NCBI GenBank assembly: GCA_041650835.1
Contig: JBAZKL010000002.1
Location: 14,477 to 78,476, forward strand
Reading direction: 5' to 3'
DNA length: 64,000 nucleotides
From: Candidatus Omnitrophota bacterium
Lineage (GTDB): Bacteria; Omnitrophota; Gorgyraeia; Gygaellales; Profunditerraquicolaceae
Shown here: in pieces, positions 1 through 7,835 of the stretch
How the letters are laid out: the number at the start of each line of letters is the position of its first letter
Position numbering within the stretch: the stretch's first letter is position 1
Made by a program: the position numbers and the translations under genes
The notes under the pieces: model-generated
Seen by the model: only the letters and a program-made list of their open reading frames with translations
Databases searched by the model: none
What the model was told of the DNA's origin: nothing

Positions 1-2
1 AT

Positions 3-1979
3 AAGGCGATACCATTATATGAAACATTTATTTCGGAGTCATTGTTTGATGATGTGTTGCGGGATTATTTAATTTGTCTCTACAAATCAAAAGAGCACAG
101 AAGCAAGAACCTCGAGAAATGTCTAACTATTTGCCAAAATCTTAGGAAATTAGGAAAATTTGTTCCTTTTACGTTCGAGTTGGAAGCGGCCATTTATGAG
201 GAAATGGATCGACTAGATGAAGCCATGTCTTTATACCTCGAACTGTCGAAGCGTGAGCCAAAGAATATTCGTCATAAACTAAATTATGCCAAAGTTATGA
301 TTGATATAGGAAGGGAAAAGGACGCGGGAATAAGACTGCTATATGAGGTTAAGGATGAGGTTGAAGACAAGGATTCCTTCCTTATTTTGGCGAGAGCATT
401 CTTAAAGATTCAAAACCATGACGAATCCATAAAGCAATTATTTAAAGCGTTGGAAATCGATTTCAATAATCCGGAGATCCAGCTGTTTTATATTTACACG
501 TTTACGAGCCGAAAAGATAAAAAGAGCGAAATGCTAGATTCCGAAACTGTGCGTGAAGATTTCTTTGTGAAGATTAAAAAGAATGGACACGATCAAGAAT
601 ACTTAGTTACTGCGAATCCTAAATCGTCGATTGCCAAATTCGAGTTATATAAGGAATCCGGTTTGGGTAAGGCACTTTACGGGAAAAGGGTTGCGGAAGA
701 AATAATAGTTAAAAATGAATACAGTGCAGATGATGTTATCAAAATAGTTGAGATTAAAAGTAAATACGTGAAGGCCTTCCAGAATATTTTAGATAATTTT
801 AATATTTCTTTTCCGGACAATAAGGCAATTTGGAAAGTTGAAGCGAGTCCGGAAAGGCTGAAAGATATGCTGAACAAATCGTCGGATAGATCAACCAAGA
901 TAATGGAGATGTATTTATCAAAGAATATTACTATCGGGGCGCTTTCTGCTTTTTCTGGAAGAAGTCTATTCGTTTGTTGGGGCGCGCTTATTGGACAGGG
1001 GTCTAAATTGTACTGTGCTACTGGCAGTGCTGTGGAGCAAAGAAAAGAACAGGAGATTATTCTTAATTCAAACAGGGTTATTATCGAGCCGATCGCTTTA
1101 TTTACTCTTGGTTTTTTAAATTTAGTGGATTTGCCATCAAAGATATTTTCGGAGGTCTATGTTCTTAAGGCTACCTTGGATGAGCTAGATATGGAAATCG
1201 TAGAGTTAAGCAAAAGCGAAGATGCGGGACTTACAACGCTTTTTTCTAAAGAAGGCAAAGCATTTCGACAAGAGATCTCTGCTGAAAATATTAAGATGAA
1301 AATAGATTTTCTTAAAAAGATGCGAGATTCGCAAGGGTTGATAACAACGGGATTAGAACACCCACTGGATGATAGTTTTAATGGCAAAGAAAAGATACTA
1401 GGTTTGCCATATATATATTCGATTCAAGCTTGTGTTGAAAAGCAAGCGCCGCTGTTTTGTGACGATGTTTTTTTTAGAGAATTAATTCGCAATGAGCATA
1501 AGATAGATTCTTTCGGTGTTCAAAATTTTCTTGTAGTTGCTCTTCAAAAGGGAATCATAGCCGAAAACGATTATTGCGATAAGATATTAGAATTAATAAA
1601 GATTGGATACTTCTATCTTTCTGTATCCGCAAAAATGCTTTTTTATTATGCGGAGAAAGACAGTTTTCAAATACAGCCGGGAAATGCGTTTGACATAGCC
1701 ACCGCAATTCTTGATTCAAGAGAAACATCTATTGAATCGCTGCTTGCAGTATTAACAGATTTTATGAAGCTAATGCTTATTGAATCCCTGCCCGATGAAA
1801 TCAAAGATAAATATTTACATTTAATCATAAGTCTTTTAGCAAAACGCGGATCGCCCCATAAAATGATTAAGATTTTCAGTCAAGTTCTCGCTAAGAAGCT
1901 TGGGTTAGCTGAGCATCTTATGGTACAGGTTAATAAGAAAATAGATCAGTGGATTAAAATTAATTACCCAATCGTGTGA
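3..1979 (+). CDS. TPR - GreA/GreB C-terminal - PIN domain protein (TPR-GreAB-C-PIN conflict/defence system); 5' partial
   Basis: Frame is open from the window edge (aag gcg ata cca...). TPR-like helices, then GreAB-C motif ESGLGKALYGKRVAEEI, then PIN-like VIIEPIAL...APLFCDD. AT-richer than the host genes. Confidence 0.75.
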   Translation, partial: KAIPLYETFISESLFDDVLRDYLICLYKSKEHRSKNLEKCLTICQNLRKLGKFVPFTFELEAAIYEEMDRLDEAMSLYLELSKREPKNIRHKLNYAKVMIDIGREKDAGIRLLYEVKDEVEDKDSFLILARAFLKIQNHDESIKQLFKALEIDFNNPEIQLFYIYTFTSRKDKKSEMLDSETVREDFFVKIKKNGHDQEYLVTANPKSSIAKFELYKESGLGKALYGKRVAEEIIVKNEYSADDVIKIVEIKSKYVKAFQNILDNFNISFPDNKAIWKVEASPERLKDMLNKSSDRSTKIMEMYLSKNITIGALSAFSGRSLFVCWGALIGQGSKLYCATGSAVEQRKEQEIILNSNRVIIEPIALFTLGFLNLVDLPSKIFSEVYVLKATLDELDMEIVELSKSEDAGLTTLFSKEGKAFRQEISAENIKMKIDFLKKMRDSQGLITTGLEHPLDDSFNGKEKILGLPYIYSIQACVEKQAPLFCDDVFFRELIRNEHKIDSFGVQNFLVVALQKGIIAENDYCDKILELIKIGYFYLSVSAKMLFYYAEKDSFQIQPGNAFDIATAILDSRETSIESLLAVLTDFMKLMLIESLPDEIKDKYLHLIISLLAKRGSPHKMIKIFSQVLAKKLGLAEHLMVQVNKKIDQWIKINYPIV

Positions 1980-2125
1980 AAATAAATGCGAGAATAGTTT
2001 TCCGATATCAACCGCGCGGCGGTGATTGTGAATATTAGCAAGGCATTCGTTGATTGGCAGTAAATCTTTCAAAACCCCTGCATAAGCATCCCCCGAATTA
2101 TTACCAATTTGCGGTAACGACCCCA

Positions 2126-2153
2126 TTGTCAAAATAATCCGTTGTTGTAAGAT
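2126..2153 (+). promoter_or_regulatory. Sigma70-like promoter TTGTCA-N16-TAAGAT, preceded by the palindrome TTACC-N7-GGTAA (2101-2117)
   Basis: Motif match only. Confidence 0.4.
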
Positions 2154-2198
2154 CAAGACAGACTCGCGGGACAGCTGATCACTGTTGCCGTTTTGCAG

Positions 2199-2242
2199 AA
2201 AGCCATTTCCAGTCGACTGGCCGGAGATGGCTTTTTCTTTTT
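2199..2242 (+). terminator. Intrinsic terminator
   Basis: AAAGCCATTTCC...GGAGATGGCTTT stem followed by TTTTTCTTTTT. Confidence 0.75.
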
Positions 2243-2244
2243 AG

Positions 2245-2645
2245 GGTTCGACACTTTGAAAAATATTGCGTGTTCATAGATGAGGGGGACATTTGAGCGA
2301 AAAAATCTGTATATACGCAGTAGGGTGCAACACTTTGGCAAAAAAGGGCGTATATACGCGGTAGGGGGTGTTACACTTTTCGATTTTTTGCGTGTTCATA
2401 GGTGAGGGGTGCGAAACTTTGAGCCTAAAAACGCAATAACTACTCTGAGGGGCAAAAAAGTTCCGACACTTTTCGGAAAAATCCGGAATATACGCTTAGG
2501 GAGTGAAACTGGTGAAGAAAGTGAAAATATTTCCGGCAGGTTTACCAAAAACATCGTATGTAGCTAGTAGAGGGGCTTGTGAAGTGAAAATAAATAAAAT
2601 ATTTCCGTCAGTTTTCCAGTTCTTTGCGTATGTAGCTAGTAGGAG
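2245..2645 (+). repeat. Tandem array of six ~41-bp degenerate units (ACACTTT...CGT/GTATA...AGGG) plus two 72-bp-period units (AAAATATTTCCG...CGTATGTAGCTAGTAG)
   Basis: Cores at 2251, 2289, 2330, 2373, 2414 and 2466. CGTATGTAGCTAGTAG is exact at 2555 and 2627; AAAATATTTCCG at 2524 and 2596. Confidence 0.8.
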
Positions 2646-2656
2646 GCAGTGAAACT

Positions 2657-2887
2657 ATGAAAGACAAGTGCTTTGAAGCGGGAAATCTCTATCTGGCTAC
2701 GTATTTGCTCTCTTGCGGGTTTGCTATGAGGGGCATTGAGGGATCGGGACGGCTCAAGAGGATCCTGTTTGACGACATCCCGGCCGTTCATAAGGCATGC
2801 GAAGAGTTTTTCGCCGATTCGGAGGCACGCAAGCTGTTTGACTGTTACCGGAGGGTTAAGGATTATTTATTTCAAAATGGAGTTTAA
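2657..2887 (+). CDS. Small phage/MGE protein, DUF5659-like
   Basis: Strong RBS AGGAGG. NLYLATYLLSCGF...RILFDD...YRRVKDYLF resembles the DUF5659 pattern. Directly upstream of the replicase. Confidence 0.6.
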   Translation: MKDKCFEAGNLYLATYLLSCGFAMRGIEGSGRLKRILFDDIPAVHKACEEFFADSEARKLFDCYRRVKDYLFQNGV

Positions 2888-2889
2888 AA

Positions 2890-5256
2890 ATGGAAGACGA
2901 GAGAAGAAAAGAGAAGAGAAAAATGGAAGAGATCATACCGCAGGAATTGCTTAAGCTACCGAGCTGGGTTGGGTATCAGCTCAGGCGTAACAAAGGCCGC
3001 ATTGATAAAGTTCCCATGAACGTCCTGACCGGACGTCCTGCCAAAAGTAACGATCCCAGCACATGGACAGATTTCGAGACTGCAGTTGATTTGGTGAGCC
3101 AGCGCGGATATGCGGGTGTTGGTTTTATGTTTAGTCCGCCTTATGTGGGCGTGGATATAGACCATTGCGTCAAAGACGGAGCTATCGCGCCGTATGCGGT
3201 GGAAATCTTAAAGGCGCTCAATTCATATTCGGAATATTCGCCCAGCGGCACCGGCATTCATATTCTTTGTAAAGGCGAGATCGCCCGGGCATGCAAGATT
3301 TCAAAGATCGGGCTTGAGATTTATACCAAGGGCAGATTTTTTACCGTTACCGGCAATCGCCTTGAAAATTATCCGGCTGATCTTAACGAGTGCACTGATG
3401 CGCTAACCGCCATATTCAGCCGGGTTGTAGATAAAAGGCCCGCGGACGACATTTTTGCTTTAATCTCTAAAAGTAAAGACGCGGAGAGGTTTCAGCGGCT
3501 CTATTCCGGCCAGTGGCAAAACGATTATCCATCTCAGAGCGAAGCGGATTTGGCGTTAGGCAACAAGCTGGCCTTTTGGACTGGTAAAGACGCCGGGCGT
3601 ATGGATTCGCTTTTTCGCCAGTCCGGACTCATGCGGCCCAAGTGGGATGAGAAACATTTTGGTGACGGCCGGACCTATGGCCAATCGGTCATTGAAAAGG
3701 CAATCAGCGGGTGTAGTGAGGTTTATGGAGGAAACGGGGCTTCGGGGCCGGTTGCTAAGGCTAAGCTCACGCAGGGCGAGATCATTACCCGCGATTGCGA
3801 GGAGAGCATTAAGGACTTCTTTCGCGATCAGCATGGCAATGCTTTTGTGGTGCTTCCGGTGGAAAGCCATTTTGAGGTATGCCCGACAACGGGCGTGCGC
3901 TTTAGGAATTGGAAGGCGACTCGATTCCGTGATCGCTTTGGCGTACCGCCTAAGATTGAGGCACTTAATCAGGCACGGATTCAGGTTGAGGCGCGCTGTG
4001 GAAGTTCCCGGCAGGTTGAGCTCTTTAATCGAGTAGGCTGGCATAACGGGAAAGTTTATTACGACCTGACAACGCCGGACTATCGAGGTGTAGTTATCGA
4101 TGAAACCGGCTGGGACGTTGTGCCGTTGCCGCCGATATTCAGGCGTTATCAGCATCAAGCCGAGCAGGTGATTCCGGTTAAGGGCGGCGACCCTAAGGCG
4201 ATATTACGTTTCTGCAATGTTAATCCGGACGATCATTGTCTTTTCATGGTCGCCATCGCATCATTCTTCATTCCCAATATTCCGCATGTCATTTTAAGTC
4301 AGACCGGCGAGCAGGGCTCCGGTAAATCGAATAATTCCCGCAAGATTAAAGGCTTGGGCGATCCGTCCAAGGTCATGCTGATCTCAACTCCCAAAGAATT
4401 GGAGCAGGCGCAGATGACCGCGGAGAAGCACTGGATCAGCACCTTCGATAATATCTCCAAAATTTACGAGTGGTTTAGCGATTTCCTCTGCCGAGGCGTT
4501 ACCGGCGAAGGCGACATGAAACGCAGTCTTTATACCAATGACGACGAGTTCATTCGTTCATACAAACGGTGCTTTGTATTGAATGGTATTGGCACGTCTT
4601 TGTGGCGGGCGGATTTGCTCGACCGGGCCATTATCTTTGATATTCCGGTTTTAAAGAGGAGCCGAGCAGAAAAAACTATGGAAGACGAATGGCAACGGGA
4701 GCTTCCCGGGATTCTGGGTGGATTCTTTACTGCCATTTCAAAAGCAATGAATACTTTCTCGCAAGTTACCGGACATGAAAAGTTTCGCATGTCTGATTTT
4801 GCTCAATGGGGAGGCGCGCTGGCGGGGGCATTGGGTTATTCGCAGGATGAGTTTTTCAAAAAGTATCAGGAGTCAGTGGATCGTAAATGGCAGGACACCG
4901 CGGATGACAGCTCGTTTGCCAAGAGACTGATCGAACTCATGGATAAGCACGCAGGCTATTGGGAAGGCTCGGCCGCGGAGCTTTTGCACGAGGTAACCCA
5001 CGATGACGACGATGAGAAAGGCATGCCCAAGACCGCCAAGTGGCTTTCAACAGAGCTACTGCGTATTGCGCCGGTCATGCGTAATGTCGGAGTGGATATC
5101 GTAAAGAAAGACAAGCGCGAGCCAGGTACCGGCCGCAGGCTTTTTGTTCTTAGGCGAACCGAGTCAAAGTCGTGTGAGTACGGGTGTGAGGAAGGTGTGA
5201 GCAGAGGCGTGCTTTGTGAGGATCGTGCGGAGGTGGACAGTGACCGGCCGTTCTAA
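2890..5256 (+). CDS. NrS-1-like primase-polymerase with helix-bundle domain and C-terminal P-loop helicase/ATPase (replicase)
   Basis: KSNDPSTW, GVDIDHC, YSEYSPSGTGIH, LEIYTKGRFFTVTG, SQSEADLAL...LAFWTG..LFRQSGL, Walker A GEQGSGKS. Confidence 0.85.
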   Translation: MEDERRKEKRKMEEIIPQELLKLPSWVGYQLRRNKGRIDKVPMNVLTGRPAKSNDPSTWTDFETAVDLVSQRGYAGVGFMFSPPYVGVDIDHCVKDGAIAPYAVEILKALNSYSEYSPSGTGIHILCKGEIARACKISKIGLEIYTKGRFFTVTGNRLENYPADLNECTDALTAIFSRVVDKRPADDIFALISKSKDAERFQRLYSGQWQNDYPSQSEADLALGNKLAFWTGKDAGRMDSLFRQSGLMRPKWDEKHFGDGRTYGQSVIEKAISGCSEVYGGNGASGPVAKAKLTQGEIITRDCEESIKDFFRDQHGNAFVVLPVESHFEVCPTTGVRFRNWKATRFRDRFGVPPKIEALNQARIQVEARCGSSRQVELFNRVGWHNGKVYYDLTTPDYRGVVIDETGWDVVPLPPIFRRYQHQAEQVIPVKGGDPKAILRFCNVNPDDHCLFMVAIASFFIPNIPHVILSQTGEQGSGKSNNSRKIKGLGDPSKVMLISTPKELEQAQMTAEKHWISTFDNISKIYEWFSDFLCRGVTGEGDMKRSLYTNDDEFIRSYKRCFVLNGIGTSLWRADLLDRAIIFDIPVLKRSRAEKTMEDEWQRELPGILGGFFTAISKAMNTFSQVTGHEKFRMSDFAQWGGALAGALGYSQDEFFKKYQESVDRKWQDTADDSSFAKRLIELMDKHAGYWEGSAAELLHEVTHDDDDEKGMPKTAKWLSTELLRIAPVMRNVGVDIVKKDKREPGTGRRLFVLRRTESKSCEYGCEEGVSRGVLCEDRAEVDSDRPF

Positions 5257-5533
5257 ATGTGTGAGTTTGCTCACGTGTGCTCACGCTTGCTCACAGGCGT
5301 GCTCACAAGGTCAAGGCTACAGCCATCAAGGGGTTATGTATTGTTGTGAGGTTTGTGAGGCTAAATTCCTTCTCTTTTTAGAAATCAATAAATATATAGG
5401 AAGAGGCGTATACATCGCCTATGGATGGGCAGGTGTGAGGATAGCGATTTTAGCCTCACATTGCTCACACATATGCTTACGGGTCCTTCGGAGGGGGTGT
5501 GGGCCGCGGGTCGGGCGAGGCGAAGTCTGTGAG
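5173..5533. repeat. Putative replication origin: about 15 GTGAG/CTCAC iterons in both orientations around an AT-rich core
   Basis: TGTGAG at 5173, 5185, 5196, 5215, 5260, 5345, 5354, 5434, 5528. CTCAC at 5270, 5280, 5290, 5302, 5455, 5464. AT-rich stretch ~5363-5398. Confidence 0.65.
5477..5522 (+). other. Lambda-like cos packaging site (cosQ GGGTCCT plus cosN-like GC-rich block)
   Basis: TTACGGGTCCTT matches the lambda cosQ context and is followed ~20 nt later by CGCGGGTCGGGCGAGGCG. Confidence 0.5.
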
Positions 5534-5731
5534 TGATGTCGGATTTTCAAAATGTCGTGTCGTGGTCGTATGGGCGTATTTCGGGGTGTCCGGTTGACAA
5601 GGGATAAAAAAGGCGTTTTCCGTCGTGAAACCGGCTTAAATTTGGCTCAAAATCGCCTCAAAAGCGATGTCCTAAAATACGACAAAACCGGACATTTGCG
5701 ATGTCCGAATGTCCTACTGTAGAAGAGAATT

Positions 5732-5929
5732 ATGATCAGGGAAGCGAGCACAATTAATGTGAAGGCGGTAACGCCGCGAGGCTGGGACGCTTTAGAGATA
5801 AAGCTAAAAGGAAGGGGTCTGTCCAGCGTGGAAATTCAAGAAGCTCGTAAATCATTCTTTGAGGGGATTGAGACATTATCAAAGATGTTTTTGGCAATGT
5901 ATTCGGCAGAGAAGAAACCGCTTGTATAA
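5732..5929 (+). CDS. Hypothetical 65-aa helical protein of the element
   Basis: ATG ORF filling the gap between the cos-like region and the HTH gene; no family recognised. Confidence 0.5.
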   Translation: MIREASTINVKAVTPRGWDALEIKLKGRGLSSVEIQEARKSFFEGIETLSKMFLAMYSAEKKPLV

Positions 5930-5950
5930 GGTTGTATATTACGGTATACT
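5922..5950 (+). promoter_or_regulatory. Sigma70 promoter TTGTAT-N17-TATACT for the HTH-recombinase operon, overlapped by tandem TTGTATA repeats
   Basis: Near-consensus hexamers with 17-bp spacer, 27 nt before the ATG at 5978. Confidence 0.65.
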
Positions 5951-5977
5951 GGGCACCATTAGATGAGGGTGTCAAAT

Positions 5978-6154
5978 ATGAAAACATACTCCATGACAGA
6001 GACGGCAAAATTACTGGGCGTGCACCGGCAGACCATGATCAATTGGATCCGCAGGGGATGGGTTAAGCCCAAGCGTGATTATAAGGATTGGCCGGTGTTT
6101 ACGGACGAGTGTATCGCCAAGATTAAGGCATGGCGAGAGACGTTAAAAGGATAA
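5978..6154 (+). CDS. MerR/Xis-like (HTH_17) DNA-binding protein, probable recombination directionality factor
   Basis: YSMTETAKLLGVHRQTMINWIRRG; RBS GAGGG; ends 1 nt before the recombinase. Confidence 0.75.
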   Translation: MKTYSMTETAKLLGVHRQTMINWIRRGWVKPKRDYKDWPVFTDECIAKIKAWRETLKG

Positions 6155-6155
6155 G

Positions 6156-7835
6156 ATGAGAGTAGCGTTATATACAAGGGTAAGTACAGAAGATCAGGCG
6201 CGCGAAGGTTTTTCGCTGGAGGTGCAGAGGACATATCTTTTGCAATACGCGAAAAATTTCGGCTGGGATGTTTTTTGCAGTATGTCGGGCCGGGATATTT
6301 ATATGGATGATGGTTATTCCGGCGGCAATATGGACAGACCGGCGTTGCAGAGACTTTTGTTTGACGCGCGCAATAAGCAGTTTGATCTGATCATGGTGTA
6401 TAAGCAAGATCGCCTAAGCCGTCGGCTTAAGGACCTGTTAGGACTACTTGAGGAGATTGATTCGCTGGGCATCGGGTACAAATCAGCGACCGAGCCATTC
6501 GATACCACGTCCAGCGCCGGGAAGATGGCGATTCAGATGTTAGGCAGTTGCGCGGAGTTTGAACGCAATCGCTTAGTCGAGAGGGTATTCCCGGGCATGG
6601 TGGTTGGTGTTAAAAGAGGTCACTGGCAGGGAGCGCGCTACGCGCCGTATGGTTACCGTTACAATAAAGAAGTCAAGAAACTCGAAGTCCATCCGGAAGA
6701 GGCAAAGATCGTTAAAGAGATTTACGCGATGTACATAAGCGGCACGAGCACTTCGCGGATCGCAGGACATTATTACAATCTTGGGATCCCTTCAAGACAA
6801 GGCGGACGATTTTATAATAAATTCATTTCCAATATTCTGCAGAGCAAGGTCTATTTAGGGATGCTGGTGTGGAATAGACGTCGCTATAACACAAAAGAAA
6901 AGACAAAGAACGGCGAAGGCAAAGGTTACAAGTATGTGAATAATGATCCGTCCAAGATTATTGAAGTACCGAATACTCACGAGCCGATAATTACGCAAAG
7001 AGATTTTGATGAGGCCAGAACGCTTCTCAAACGTAACCGCACCAATGGTGTGGTTAGATTCAGGAATAATGTTTATCAGCTTTCCGGTATTCTGAAATGC
7101 AATGAGTGCGGAGGCAATTACCGCGGAATCACCGCGACAGTTAATCATCGCACCAAAATGCGGCGGCCATGGTATCGTTGTTCTTCCAAAGGCATACCTC
7201 ATATTAAGTGTAGCAATAAATCTGTTACGGCTGACGCGATCAATAAGCAGGTTTGGGATATTGTAGAAGTCATCCGTCAGAATCTTCATGTGCTTGAGGA
7301 ACTGGGTGACATGATCAAACTTAACGCATCCGAGCCGGAGCAGTTGTATGTCGAGCAATTAGAGGATAAGGACGCGCTTCTTAAGAAGAATATCGAGAAG
7401 CAAAAGGGGATCTACGAGTTGTTTTCAGAGGATAAAATTAATCTCGCGCTCTATAAGGATAGGGCCGAGCTTTTGAGTAATGAGGAGAAAAAACTAAAGC
7501 AGGATATCAAGGCGATTCAGCTTAAGATTCTGGATAAGCGTAATTCCGTTAACCTTGTAAAGGCGACGCAGGATTTCCTTTTGAGGTTACGGAGCACGCC
7601 GGATGACCGCCAGTTGGATTATCTGGTCAAAACCTTTATGCGGATCATCTTTAAATCGATCCACATCCAGAATCAGGAGATCGTGAAGTTCGATCTAAAC
7701 GAGCCTTGGAAGACTTGCTATGAAGAGGGGATGAAATGGTTGAAAACGAGCGAAAAGACGACAATACAGGCGATTCCGGAGGCAAAAGCCCGAAGAAGTT
7801 ACGTGTGCTTTTGCGCACCTTCGGATGTCAAATGA
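6156..7835 (+). CDS. Large serine recombinase (integrase)
   Basis: YTRVSTEDQ catalytic Ser, DRLSR, APYGY recombinase domain, Zn ribbon CNECG...YRC...C, coiled coil. Confidence 0.95.
   Translation: MRVALYTRVSTEDQAREGFSLEVQRTYLLQYAKNFGWDVFCSMSGRDIYMDDGYSGGNMDRPALQRLLFDARNKQFDLIMVYKQDRLSRRLKDLLGLLEEIDSLGIGYKSATEPFDTTSSAGKMAIQMLGSCAEFERNRLVERVFPGMVVGVKRGHWQGARYAPYGYRYNKEVKKLEVHPEEAKIVKEIYAMYISGTSTSRIAGHYYNLGIPSRQGGRFYNKFISNILQSKVYLGMLVWNRRRYNTKEKTKNGEGKGYKYVNNDPSKIIEVPNTHEPIITQRDFDEARTLLKRNRTNGVVRFRNNVYQLSGILKCNECGGNYRGITATVNHRTKMRRPWYRCSSKGIPHIKCSNKSVTADAINKQVWDIVEVIRQNLHVLEELGDMIKLNASEPEQLYVEQLEDKDALLKKNIEKQKGIYELFSEDKINLALYKDRAELLSNEEKKLKQDIKAIQLKILDKRNSVNLVKATQDFLLRLRSTPDDRQLDYLVKTFMRIIFKSIHIQNQEIVKFDLNEPWKTCYEEGMKWLKTSEKTTIQAIPEAKARRSYVCFCAPSDVK

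Larger units (their letters stand above)
1..7835. mobile_element. Right part of an integrated element (PICI/phage-satellite-like) inserted at the 5' end of miaB; left end outside the window
   Basis: Large serine recombinase, MerR/Xis-like HTH, PrimPol-helicase replicase, iteron cluster, cos-like motif and AT-rich cargo gene, followed immediately by housekeeping miaB. Confidence 0.85.

Noticed and set aside
2245-2645. CRISPR array interpretation of the ~41-bp repeats
   Set aside because: No identical repeat with unique spacers; the variable parts recur in classes; no cas genes in view
5216-5536. 106-aa Cys-rich ORF
   Set aside because: Cys/His richness comes from the TGTGAG/CTCAC iterons; it overlaps the ori and cos-like site
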